Shown piece after piece: positions 26,457 to 38,799 of a stretch of DNA of 64,000 nt. The number at the start of each line of letters is the position of its first letter. Within the stretch, counting starts at the first letter, position 1. The DNA is from Macrostomum lignano. Its lineage: Eukaryota. The notes beneath the pieces were generated by a model. It had not been told where the DNA came from, did not search any database, and saw only the letters and a list, made by a program, of their open reading frames with translations. The translations under genes were made by a program, and so were the position numbers. Location: positions 1-64,000 of the forward strand of contig NIVC01003412.1 of NCBI GenBank assembly GCA_002269645.1, read 5' to 3'.

Positions 26457-29021
26457 CCCTTAGATGCTGGGTGGCTAGCAGAGCTGACCATAGCCATAGA
26501 ATAGAAGGTGACGAGAAAAAAAATTGGTAGTCTATGGCCAGTGAGGCGCAGAATTGCAGCTCCTTTCCTGCCGAACATGGTCAGCTGAGCTGACCATGGA
26601 ATAAATAGCGCACTCACTCAGTCTGTAGCACTCTGTAGCGACCACTAGAGCAACTTTCATGTACTAACAATGGCACAGAAGAAAGATGCAGTTTATTGTT
26701 GAATTAATTTCGAACTATAAAGTTAAAGGGAAAGTTAAGGTTAAAGTTCAAGCAAAAGAAGATATTTGTCCAAAAGCAACAAAAAATTTATGATTTTGAG
26801 ACGCAACTACATGTACGCTCGTATAGTAGCATATAATAATACAGGGAACAATATTGTGGTAGAGTGCCGCAGTTGGACATTTAATTATTTTTGTTTAATT
26901 AAGACAAAAATAATTAACAATATTTTTGTTTTAAAATACTAATATTTTATTATTTTACTATATTTTTACTATTTTGTCTTAAAACCTCTATATTAAAAAT
27001 AAAGGTAAAAAATTAATAGTCAATGCCGAATACAAACGCGAATTATATAGTACGGCTGGTGAAAGGAGTTCTTTAATTCAGTGATTCACATGCCACCGTT
27101 CAAAGCAGGGACTTGGGCACAGTCCAGGTGCATTCGGACACGCACTGCAGCAGAACACGGTGCGCTTCGCAGTGCCGTTGCGGTAGCACACGCGGCATCG
27201 CTTCACCGGCCTCGGGCACGATTCCCTCGGAGGCAGCTTTGATGGAAAGTGCTGCTGAGCTGCGGCCGCCGCTGGTTGCCTAGCTGCCGTTCGCTGTCTT
27301 CCTGGTCCCGTGGAGTCAACCAGTAGGGTGATGTACAGCTCTCCAGGAATTTGAAGAACTGCAGCCGGCCACCGTGCTTTGAGTATACAACCCATGCATT
27401 GTGTACAAGCAGCAGGCAGAGATGAAACCCCAACTTATGAAACCACTTGTAGGTTTTGCGGCAGCTGTCGTACGGTTTCAGCATGGCATCGAGTCGGTCA
27501 ACGCCTCCCATGCAGCGGTTGTACAGCAGGTTCGAGGCGCTTTTCTGCACTTGCACAGCTTCACCATTCTTGCGAATTCGGTTCGTCGCTACTTTCTGAG
27601 CTGAGCCGTGGGTGTCGATCATGAAGAATGTTTTCAAGCCGCTTTCCTTGCGCTCCAGAATTTTCATGGCCAGCACTGGCAGCTTCCTCATGAAAACTAC
27701 GTCATTCAACGGAACCTGCTGACTGCGCAATGCCAACGGCACTCCACGGTCGGCTCGAACAGTTGCTGTCAGCAGTGTGCTGCGTTCGTACAGAAAAGTC
27801 GCAAGCCGTACTGAAGCAAACCACTTGTCGACGAAAAGGTGATAGCCGAAACCGAGCAAGTCCTTGCAAAGGTGCACTACGATTTTCTCGCTTAGAGACA
27901 GCTGGTCACAACCGAGGTCGTCGCCAAAATGAGAGTTCTCTTCAGCAGTCGAATGTACTAGAAAGTTATACAGGTAGCCAGATGCAGACTCACAGGCGCA
28001 GTACATTTTAATTCCAACTCTGGCTCTCTTCGATGGGATGTACTGCCTAAGCTGAAGGCGCCCCTTGTACAGAATCAGGGACTCGTCGACGCTGACCTGC
28101 TGCTCCGGCTGGTACACGTTCGCGCAGAGCTGCTGAGCCAGACGGAGCAGCGGCCGAATCTTGTGCAGTGGGTCGTTCGAGGCGGGTGCTCGTGCATCGT
28201 AGAAACGAAGGAAGGCCAGCAGCTGCTTGAATCGGTCAAGGGTCAAGCCATTGGGCGATTGAAAAAACGGAGTACTGTGAATGACACTGGTGCTCCAGTA
28301 ATCATGCAGTTCCGGCTTCCGTGAGATGCCCATGAACAGGTACATACCCAACAGCTTGGATATCTCACTGCGGTTTGTGTCCTTCCATGACTTCAGCAAG
28401 CTCGAAACATCTTCTCCATCATGTGTCGCCTGCTCATACTCAGCCCAAGCTTTTGCGTTTGTCCACTCCACGATCTTATCCAGCAGCTCATCGGTTAGAA
28501 ACAGTCGTAGAAAATATTGGATGTCTTCACGGTCTTCGGGAAGGACAATGCTGGGGTTTACACCCGAAATTCCAGTGAAACTGGGGCCGTCTTCAACAAT
28601 GTCTTCGCCTGGCTCCACAAACTGCCAATCGTCTTCTACTTCGCTGATGGTGACCGACTTAGACGACTCGGAGTTCTCCGCTATTCCAGCGTCCCTTTCG
28701 GAGTCGGAAGTCAACAGAATATCCATATTTGGATTGATTTGAATTACATGAATAGAATTGTACAGAATTTGGCACAGCCCTTAATATACTAAAACTGGAC
28801 TGTCTATGGCCAGTCTTGTACAGTTTTGATAAGCGTGTGTGCAACCCATTCCAAATGTACATTCTCCTTCAACCCTAGATTAGACCAGCGATGGCTGGCT
28901 TATCGGCAGGAGTGGCAGTGCAATTCAGTTCACTGAAAACTTGAAATAGTCTATGGTCAGCTCTGCTGACCATGCCGGCAGGAACGGAGCTTTCTATTTA
29001 GGAATTCAGGCTTGAAAAGGT
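26457..29021 (-). mobile_element. piggyBac element 2, 2565 bp
   Basis: TTAA-CCCTT at 26453-61 and AAGGG-TTAA at 29017-25; internal inverted repeat about 26549-26600 / 28947-28990; transposase ORF inside. Confidence 0.9.
27078..28726 (-). pseudogene. piggyBac transposase, one frameshift near 27335 ahead of the Cys-rich C-terminus
   Basis: VSVDESL, FVDKWF, GGVDRLD; CRVC...CSAC...LC..PCF..WH in the second frame. A single indel could be an assembly error. Confidence 0.85.
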
Positions 29022-30099
29022 TAATGTAAATCCTTAAGACGACACATTTAATCGATACCGTTTGAGAGGTATTCGAGATTTTATTGGCATGCCTCTTCAA
29101 GCTACATAGAGACAGACTGTTTTTAGGAATTCAAATTATGAATGCAATTCTTACCTGGGGCACATCAGCAGCTGAAGCACCACCAACGCAGCTGTTAAAG
29201 TCGGAAATTGTAAATTCAGCATAAGCACAAGTTGCCGCCACGGGTGCAAACTCGAATTTCGCAGTTAGAATACCTTTGACCCAACTCGTAAGTCACCAGT
29301 TCAAACTTGATTGTTGCAGAGGATTAATACACTAGAATAGTTTGATGCTGTTTCACTATTGCATTAAAATATAAGTTGCATAGCCTTACATACAGGCATC
29401 TATTTCAGGCTTAAATAGATTCACTCATTTTCATCAAACGTACAGAGCACCGAGCAGTATTGTTGAGGCTAAGCAAATGGAGCTTCATGAGTGCACACTG
29501 CGCTCGTGTGCATACTTTTTTGCACGGAATTTGGGTGGGTAGTCAGGTGCTTCGCTAGCATAAATAATTTTAGTACCTTTTTAGTTATGCGAAAAAATTA
29601 AAGTAATACTGCTTATTGTTGCTTCACAAATTAAGGATAAAACCTTTGTAAACTGTTCTGTTTCTAACCTGTTTTGCACCTGAGCACCTTACAACGTTTC
29701 TGCTTGAACAAGAAAGAGTAAGCTGAGTATTTTTAGGCCAAAAATATTTTAATTTCCAATTTTATAGTGCAATAAAATGGTGCTTTATTCAAAAACAGAA
29801 TTCTTGGATTAAATAAGGAGCAATATACGTACCGTACCTCCAAGGGTTAGTGTATAAAACAAATGGATTTCACGAAAAACTAAATGAAAGATTTAAATTA
29901 TTTGCTAATCAAGGACTCATCGCTGGCTTGTTCTTGAAATGATGGGAAATCCTTCATTGATAAAAACTTCTTGATTACGCTCCTGTATAAAGGTACAAGT
30001 ATTAGGTATGTTTATTCAGAAAGTGTCCATGAAAAATTAAATAAGATGCCTGTCTGGCGAAATATTGGTGACGGAAACGAAAAAACGCGTTTAAATGAA

Positions 30100-33000
30100 T
30101 CAAGTCTGTCTATCTGGTCTGTTAAAAAAACAGTAGCTACGAGCAGGAGGGCTACTCGTACTCGATGTCTCTCGATGCGACTCGACTTTGAGCTCGAGGA
30201 CTCCGGGTGCTGCATCGAGTCTCTCCAGCTTCTCCCTGACCCAGCTGATCTTCTCCTTGTCCTGCGTCTCCATGGTGACGCGTTTCTCTTTCTCGATCAT
30301 CTCCATCTGCCGCAGGCTGAGCTCCACATGTTCGCGGCAGTCGCTGTAATGAGCCAGAGTGAGCAGCTCCTCCAAGTCCGGGTCTCCAAGCAGCTGTTCA
30401 ATCCAATGATCGAATGCGATTGCAGGTGCCCGATTGCGGAGCAGCTCAGCTTGGAGACTCCAGCTCAGGCAGCGGAAGTTCACGTACAGGTGGGAGGAGA
30501 GAGGCTGCGACAGTCTGGCTGTGAACAGAGTCTGTGTGAACTCGGGAAGGAATGGGAAGCGAGGCGGAGAGTCACAGGGGAGGCAGAACCTCCACGCCCA
30601 GTCTGAGTCTACTGGCAGTTCTATCATACTACTCCCGTACCAGCTACTCTCTTCTCGAATATCTTTTGGCTTCAATCCTGACTCAACCTGATGTCTCTGC
30701 AGCTTCATCGCGAGTCTCTCAGCTTCCTCAGAGTCTCCAAACTTTAAATGCGCCATGGCAGTCATGCACAGGGCGGAGCACTTGCACCACTGCTGCTTAT
30801 GCAGAAGCCTGAGCTGCCTCATCAGGTTGTCTTTATCGCTCGATTCCGACTGCAGCTCGCTCACACACTGATGCACCACACTGTACACGTCTGCGAACTT
30901 GTAGTACATTTCTTGGTAGGCTCTTCCTTCCCTAATCCCCGTGACAACAGGAGGCGCTGTCAGGGGCAGCAGAGTGAATGGGTGAAAGTAGAACTTCTCT
31001 GACTGCAGAGGTCTCACGAGTCTCCTCAGCTGCTCGACCACTCCACCAATGTCGCTTCTCAGCTCAAAAAGTCTTTCCCGGAGCCTCGCCTTCGTGTTGT
31101 CGAAGTCGCCGCAGATTCCAGCATTCTTGAAGTAGAGCGGAGCGTCTTGCATGAAGAAGTGAGGCATGCACTCATTGGGTGAGCTGCTTGAGTCGATGAA
31201 GCTCAGCATCATGTCGAGAGACTCTTTCAGAAGAGCGATCAGATTGCGCGGTTGCCAAGCCTCAGTTTCAGAATCTGTGCCATGCTTCTTGAGCATTGTG
31301 AAGAGCAGAGTCTTTGCATGGTAGGTCTTGAGTCCAGGTGTGTCCAGATTGAGCAGCAAGTGTCTCTTGAAGATAAACTTGATGAGTGTGAACAGCTGGC
31401 CCTGGACTGTGCTCAGCTGTCTCATGATGTCTTTTTCTTGGAAGCTGAAGCTCACTCTGAGCTCGTTGGTCGAGCTCGGTCTGGTCGCCCGCACGAGGTG
31501 AACAAAACCACTAGATGGAAGTAGTTTTCTAACTCTGTCCTTACAGAAACTGCTGCAGCAATCGATCGCATGACACGTGTCCTGTGCAGACCTCACACCG
31601 CACATCGTGGCTGTCACTGCAGGTTGGCTGCCTGAGAGTGGAGTGAGCGGAGATTTGCTTTGTGACGAGTAAAAAATGATGGGTTGGTTTGAAACTGAAG
31701 ATTTTCTACTGGTTGGTTGGGAGTTTCGAGTATTTGACTAATACACATTTTACATACTTGCCAAAAAGGCACATTTTGTTGTTAGAAGTGCGACCACAAG
31801 CTGTGTGCTACAATGCATAGGCTAAAAGGGTCTCAACGAATATCACAAAATAAATTTACCTGGAAAATTTGATAGCTCGTAAGCTAAAAGCTCTAAAATA
31901 TTGCTTGACCCTAAGAAGTAACACTGGCAACCACGGCTGGTTTTATCGAGCCCCTCGAAACGGAGGTGCTTGATGAAATTGGTGCTGGTTCCGGCGTTTT
32001 GAAGCCACAGCGAAGGTCCAGAAATGGGATGACGACGTTCTGAAGTTTGCACCGATAGCCAATCTTGGGAAAAGTCATTGCATTTGGTCGACTGCCAGAC
32101 GCCATGCTATCTGAGAAGCCAGAACAGAAAAGCTACTCTCAGCTGAAGAATCTGTTTCAGCTGAGACGCAAAGCAGCCAAGTTCGAAATCACGCAACACT
32201 ACGCCTTCCACCACATGAAGCGAGAAGAGGGTGAAGAACGTGGTTGCATACGCAAGAAGACTGCGCCAAGCGGCTAAGCATTGTAGCTTCACGGATCTTG
32301 ACGTCCGCCTGAGAGACCATTTCATTTCCGGACTCCACAACAAGGAGCTGAGATAATCAAAAAGCTACTTATCGAGAAACTGGCGAACCTAACCCGATAA
32401 ATTATTTCAATCAATCAATCCCCTACATGGGTTTCGTGTTAGCAGTTACCTGCACGTCATCATTGAGATTCGGGCTAACATGGAGGAGTGCTCGCAGTGC
32501 GAGCATCTAAGCGTCATTAACCAGTATTTTGAGTCAGGAATTTTGTCTATGATAGCATTCTGTACGTAATGTGTAGGCTTAGCCTAGTTGTTGAGGGGGT
32601 TGTAGTCCAGCGGTCAGAGCGCCGGACTTACGACCTAAAGGTCGAAGGTTCGATTCGAGATCCCACTGGAACAATTTGTGTCCTTGAGCAAGACACTTAA
32701 CTCTGTACCAGGCTCCACCAGGTCGGGCTCCGGTGGCAGCGCCTTCAGGGCCGCGCAGTGCCGCCGGCAGGTGACCCGCCCGCGCTGTAGCTGCAGCGAG
32801 TTGCCTTCCACTTTGGTAACGGTCCAGGCCTCGCTCTCGAATGGGGTTTGGCCCTTCAGCGGGTTGAAGCGTTTCCTCAGCACCTGGTCGCCGACCGCGT
32901 AGTTTTGCTCTTTTGGTCTCCGAGCAGCGTCGGCGTGCCGCTTCATTGTCAGCTTCTGCTTGCGGTCATGCTCCCGCAGCTCCTTGTCGTTGATGTGCAC

Positions 33001-36000
33001 CCGCGCTGGAGGCCGCCGGCCGGGGACGCTGTTGCCCATAGCGCGGCCCATCAGCAGCTCTGCGGGGGCGCGCCCGGTTGTGGCGTGTGGCGCCGTCTGG
33101 TACGCCAGAATCCACTCGTCCAAAGCCTCGCGCCAGTTTCTGTTCTCCGCGATTGCGGCGCGGACGACCTTGTTGATCGATCTGTTCAGGCGCTCGGTCA
33201 TGCCGTTGGCCGCTGGGTAGAGCGGAGTGATGGAGTGAATTCCGAAGCTCCTGAGGAAGTCCTTGAACTGCGCCGACGAGAATGGAGGCCCATTGTCCGT
33301 AACGAGCTCCTCCGGGATGCCGAACCTGCAGAATGATTCCCGCAGCTTCGGGATGACTGCCTCCGCTGAAGTAGACTGCATGACTTGCACTTCGGGATAC
33401 CGAGAGTAGTGATCCACGCAGACGAGCAGCATCTTGTTCTGTACCGGACCGAGGAAGTCGGCGCCGATCGACAACCAGGCGCCCTTGGGGATGCTGGACG
33501 GCTGCAGTGGCGTCGCGCTGACTGTCGGCTTATGTGACGCCATGATGCAGCTGCGGCAACTGCTGACGGCCTTGTCCGCATCTGCGCTCATCTTTGGCCA
33601 CCAGACTTTGCTGCTCAGCCTGGCCAGCGTCTTCCGCAGTCCCAGGTGGCCGGCATGTGCGAGGCTCCCGGAGGCTGCTTGGCACCACAATCCTGTCCCG
33701 CCGAAGCAGCACCCCGTCCTCCTCAGCAAGCTCGTCTTGTAGTGCATACAGTGCCCTCAGCTCCGGGTGGCCGAGGTCCCACCTGGCTCCCTGGATGGCG
33801 GCGATTGCGGCTTTGATCAGCGGGTCAGCCTGCGAGTGTCGCCTAATGTCCTCTACAGTGAGCGCTGTCGGCACCGCGGCCTGCAGTACGGCACCGATGC
33901 AGGCGGAGTCCTGCTGTGCGTCTTTGCTGCGCCCGGACATCGCTAGCGGTTGTCGGCTGAGGATGCCCGCTGCGTTCTGAGGCCCTGGGCGGTACACCAA
34001 CTTGAAAGTCATGTGCTGAATCTGCAGAGCCATTCGCTCGACTCTAGGAGGCGGCCTCGACCCTGGCGCCAGCATGTTGACCAACGGCCTGTGGTCCGTG
34101 ATCACATCGAATCGGGGCGCCGTGCAGGTAGAATTGGAATCGGAGACATCCGAATTTCACTGCCAATGCCACTTTTCGGTCTGGGAGTTTCTGGACTCAA
34201 AATCGGAGAGCGTCCGACTGGCATAGGCCACTGGTCTTGAAGTGCCGTCTCCTCGCCGCTGCGCCAAGCGTTTGAGTATCCCCCGTGTTTTCGAATGCAA
34301 GCATGGAGTTTCCCAGAAATGATTTTCTTTTCTGCGTTGAGGAGAGATGTGAGCCACTGATTTTCTCTAGAGCGCCCACCCATTTTCCGGCCCCACGCGT
34401 CAGCCAGTACTCTCTCTGGATCTCTCCAACTCTCTTTCCCTTATCTGTACTCGTAAGTAGGCAAATGTACAGTTGCTGCCACCACCCCATGCAATGCGGT
34501 CTGGGTCGACAAACAATAAATAAATACATGTAACATCGCTTCGCCCTAATGCTGTTTTTGGGATTTTTCGTGCACTGCTAAATCATGCTTTGAACTTTTA
34601 CATGAGCTAGAGAAAATCAATGGCTCACAGGTTGCACATCTGGCTCAATTGGAGCATGTGTAATAAATTATTTTTATGCGGTATACATATAATAATAATA
34701 TGTATGCCTAAAAAGCCTCGAAGATTGTCATGAAATATTTTTACTGGAAAGTATGATGAGCTAAAGGCTCAAAAACATTTAACTTTACACTAAGAAGTAA
34801 CGCTTATTTACACACTTTCCAGTACCCCGTGCCCCGTGGACCCAGTGCCCCGCAGCAAGGCACCAATCAGGCAGTCAGGGCGGCTTCGGTTTATTTTGTT
34901 TGAAATTTTCCAAGTGAGAGCAGCGACACTTCAGCAGAGCCATGCCGCCTACCGTCAATCACCCAATCACCGCTGCAACCACTCTGCTACAATGGGAGCC
35001 TGTGAATTTAAACAAACCAATGGCCCGGCTCAGCCAGTTGTCATCAGAGTTTTCGCTTTTATTTTACCTGCCAGTTGTTCCATCACCGAAACCGACATTC
35101 GCAGTCAGAAGCTGCTGGAGGCTGGGCGCCAATCGGTAGCGAATGTAAAACTGAGCAAAGTTAATGGGCTTCCAGTTGCATGCTGATCTCAGCATTCTGT
35201 TGAACCCAGCCTCACTCACCTGCTCCTACTGCCACCTGTGCGTGGCCCTTTTTGACCTGCAATTGAGTGGCGTCTCTGCATTGCTGCCGATCTCTGTTGC
35301 AGCCACCTTCCAGATGGAGCTCTTGCCCAGCAGCCAGCACAGTCCAGTCAATGTCCGAGTCTGCAGCTGTCCTGCCGTTCACTTGCACCAGACTGTTGGC
35401 CCAGCCCTCTGCGTAGTTGCCTGTCATCCGCCTGCCATCCTGTGTGACGACTCGAGCGACTTCTTCAAGCCAGTCAGCCAGTCTCTGCTGACACTTTGCT
35501 CTCTGCTCGGTGAATCCTGCCTTGGTGAGCAGTCGATGCAGCTCCTCGCTCAGGCGCCTGTCTAGCTTGGAGCCGTCTGAGAGCCTGGAATGATCCAAGA
35601 TGCGTGTGGGTGACTTGCTCAGAGTTGGATGAACAAAACAAGCAGGAGACCTGAGAGTGCAGCTGCTGCAGCACTCAGTCCAACCCAATCTCAACCCTCC
35701 TGAGTTTCGCTGCAATTTCTGTCGCGAGCTGCCAGCCTGTTTGGAAAGCGCAATGTGGCAGTGAAATCCAAACCGGTCAGACTCACTGATAGAGGCCGAA
35801 TTGAAGCGTTGAGTGGCTGCCCGCCAGGCATCTGGGCTTCTGCAATGCGTGAATGAAAGGTTCACTTTCTGGATCGGGGGTTTGAGAATTCTGTGGTGGA
35901 AGTTTTAGAAAAGAAGTGCTTGTTTCTTGCATAATATAAAATACTTAAATATAAAATACTGCTTCATTTTATATTTCTCTAAATTCTGAATTCATCCCTT

Positions 36001-37039
36001 TTTATATTAAGATAAGATTTCGACCGTAACTAGGAGAGAAAGAATCGAAGAACCACTCCCACTTATTATTCTCCCACTTTTACCAGTTAGCTATAAAACA
36101 AAAAGATAACAGTTTCATTTAGAAATTAGTGGTCGAGCCATAGTGTGCTAAACTTGATGCATGTATTCCAAAATTGGCGAAACTCCTCACTTACTCCGTT
36201 CCAATAGGATCCAGCAGTCGCAGCACCTGCCACTGCTCAAATCGCTGTGCCACCTGCGCACACGTCAGATCCCGGCAGTCTCGATGACTCGAATCCGCTT
36301 CTTTGTCCATCAGAGCCTTGGCTGCTCGCAGGTGACCGGCTTCGCACGCTCGCGACAGAACAGTTCGACTCCGACTGTCTTCAGCATGCACTGAGGCATT
36401 GAAATCGATCAGTTTCTCAATGAGCTCGTGATAACCTGCATCAGCTGCCAGCATGAGAGCAGTGGCACCAGTGCTGTCTGGCAAATCTACATGCTTTGAG
36501 CTGACTCGCTCATCATTGATCAGTGTGACAGCAAGAGCAACATGTCTTTGAGAGATGGAGAGACGAAACAGCTGTGTGATGCGAGCTGGCTGCATTCGAG
36601 AGAGAGTGTCGCTGAGAACAGAGTTCATGCCTTCGATGGCCGTTGCTGCAGTGAAGCTAAAAATGCTATTGGACTGGAAGAGCCAGTCAGGCTCGAGGCC
36701 GAGGGAAGCAACATCTTCGTGAAGACGAGAGCAAGCCGCGACTGCACAGTGGAAACGGAGATTCGCACTTTGATCTGGACTTGAGAGACAAGAGAGGAGG
36801 AACTTGACGACTTCTAAGTGACCATTTCTTGCAGCATATTCCGCAGCCTCAATGCAGCACTGGTCTCTGTTTGTTTCGCCAGAGACTGTCGACACAAGAA
36901 ACTTGACGACTTCTAATTTACCGTATTTTGCAGCCGATTTGGCAGCGTTGATGCAGCAGTTATCTCTTTTTGTTTGTTCAGCGATTATGTGCACGAGAAA
37001 CTTGACGACTTCCAACTGCAGTCCATTGGCTTGCAGCAT
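30100..37039 (-). CDS. Ankyrin-repeat / cGAS-like (Mab-21) nucleotidyltransferase fusion, 3 exons, about 998 aa
   Basis: Exons 37039-36195, 35839-35220, 31631-30100 (2997 nt, phases 2 and 1, GT-AG, in frame); ankyrin motifs; GNYAEG...DSDID; third Asp in QDTCHAI; LRVSFSFQE and KTYHAKTLLF. The start codon is tentative. Confidence 0.8.
31940..32395 (+). mobile_element. Ty3/Gypsy gag-like fragment, frameshifted
   Basis: Remnant AYARRLRQAAKHCSFTDLDVRLRDHFISGLHNKELR. Confidence 0.6.
32595..32704 (+). mobile_element. SINE family 1, copy 4 (5' half)
   Basis: GGGGGTTGTAGTCCAGCGGTCAGAGCG...GGTTCGATTC...GTGTCCTTGAGCAAGACACTTAACTC. Confidence 0.85.
32705..34330 (-). mobile_element. Ty3/Gypsy pol fragment (RNase H, H2C2 zinc-binding region, integrase core), frameshifted
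   Basis: RPVAYASRTLS, ITDHRPL, YRPGPQN, HAGHLG...CRSC, DFLGP, TDNGPPF, NGMTERLNR. Confidence 0.9.
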
Positions 37040-37440
37040 ATTTGGCAGCGTTGATACAGCAGTGATCTCTGTTTGTTTGTTCAGCAACTTTCGGCACGAG
37101 AAATTTTACGACTTCTAATTTACCGTATTTTGCAGCCGATTTGGCAGCGTTGATACAGCAGTGATCTCTTTTTGTTTGTCCAGCGATTATGTGCACGAGA
37201 AACTTGACGACTTCCAACTGCAGTCCATTGGCTTGCAGCCGATTTGGCAGCGTTGATGCAGCAGTGATCTCTTTTTGTTTGTCCAGCGATTATGTGCACG
37301 AGAAACTTGACGACATCCAACTGCAGTCCATTGGCTTGCAGCATATTTGGCAGCGTTGATGCAGCAGTGATCTCTTTTTGTTTGTTCAGCGACTGTGTGC
37401 ACGAGAAACTTGACGACTTCTAACTGACCATGTTTTGCAG
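36850..37440 (-). repeat. Tandem ankyrin-coding units of about 100 bp, three carrying a +4-nt lesion
   Basis: Repeated GTCGTCAAGTTTCTCGTG and ATCAACGCTGCCAAA; variant GCAAGCCAATGGACTGCAGTTGGAA (25 nt) versus in-frame GCAAAATACGGTAAATTAGAA (21 nt). Confidence 0.8.
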
Positions 37441-37673
37441 CAAGATTTGAAGTGTTTTTGCAAATTAGATATGTTTTCTCCCTGCTGAAGATTTAGATAA
37501 TGTCTAACATTTTCCTTGGTTTGCTGTGGAACTAGAAGATAAATATTTTTCCGGTCTATGTGTGTAGTGTTTGAATTTTGCAAGTGCAGAGAGAGGGAAC
37601 AAAGGGCGTCGCTTTGCAGCTGTAATTTTTAAACGAATTTTGAAGAATGTTATGAATCCTTCTTATGATAATT

Positions 37674-37790
37674 GGCTGCTGTCAGAGTGGCAGATGTCAG
37701 TCGCGGCTGCTGTCAGAGTGGCAGATGTCAGTCGCGGCTGCTGTCAGAGTGGCAGGTGTCAGTCGCGGCTGCTGTCAGAGTGGCAGGTGT
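37674..37790 (+). repeat. 31-bp tandem repeat, about 4 copies
   Basis: GGCTGCTGTCAGAGTGGCAGATGTCAGTCGC starts at 37674, 37705, 37736, 37767. Confidence 0.9.
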
Positions 37791-38299
37791 TTCAAAGGCT
37801 TGTACAGCCGGTTGCCAGAAAGATTTTACCGCCTTATGTCTCAGCTGCTCATCTTTTTGCAGTCTCTGGCGAGCGCTGACCACAACAGCCTTATCAATAG
37901 TAACTTATCTTCATTGCATGAGAGCTGAATTTGCCCTCTGAGCTCTCCAACCCCCAGCATGGCAACAGAGGCTGCGGCTGCAACGGCCACCCCAGCTGTA
38001 CTTGATGAGGCTGAGAGCACTCATTGTGCCTCAGTGCAGGCTGAGATCTGTAAACGTATTTAATAGCTTACTGAGCGGTGTAAAATGCTGCTCAGACTCT
38101 CACCTGTACTCAGCGTGTTTTGGTCTATTTAAAGCAAAGCAATGAATTGCTTGAAATTGCATCAGTTGGGTGAGTTATTGATTGTGATTGATTGTGAACG
38201 ATACATCATATCTAAATCAATCCAGAAAGTCAATTGACTTACGGCACTCTTGAGTTTCAGTTTCTGTCGAAGCCGCCAAATCAGTCAATACACCTCATT

Positions 38300-38702
38300 T
38301 TTAGCATCCTGTTTGCTAGAACCGCTTCCAACGGATTCATTTCTTGCATTCTGTTTTTCAGAACCGATTCCAACGGATTCATTTCTTGCATTCTGTTTTC
38401 CAGAACCGATTCCAACGGATTCATTTCTTGCATTCTGTTTTCCAGAACCGATTCCAACGGATTCATTTCTTGCATTCTGTTTTCCAGAACCGATTCCAAC
38501 GGATTCATTTCTTGCATTCTGTTTTCCAGAACCGATTCCAACGGATTCATTTCTTGCATTCTGTTTTCCAGAACCGATTCCAACGGATTCATTTCTTGCA
38601 TTCTGTTTTCCAGAACCGATTCCAACGGATTCATTTCTTGCATTCTGATTTCCAGAACCGCTTCCAACGGATTCATTTCTTGCATTATGTTTGCTAGAAC
38701 CG
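38300..38702 (+). repeat. 42-bp tandem repeat, about 9 copies
   Basis: TCTGTTTTCCAGAACCGATTCCAACGGATTCATTTCTTGCAT; open in several frames. Confidence 0.95.
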
Positions 38703-38799
38703 CCTCTTGTAAATTGTAACATCTACACACGGATTGGATGGCCCATCGACCTTTTAAGCGAAGGATTCTGATTTTTCAATCAGATGACTATAATAATGA

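Larger units (their letters stand above)
23018..29222 (-). pseudogene. Receptor copy B, 5 exons, nonsense codon in the lectin exon
   Basis: Exons 29222-29155, 24622-24305, 23982-23741, 23656-23491, 23405-23018; same phases as copy A; TAC>TAA at 23853-55; signal MLNLQFPTLTAALVVLQLLMCP; TM VYLYVTIAVSGAVFISFFIAPFFI. Confidence 0.8.

Noticed and set aside
38234-38730. Five overlapping ORFs of 117-161 aa
   Set aside because: 42-bp tandem repeat open in multiple frames
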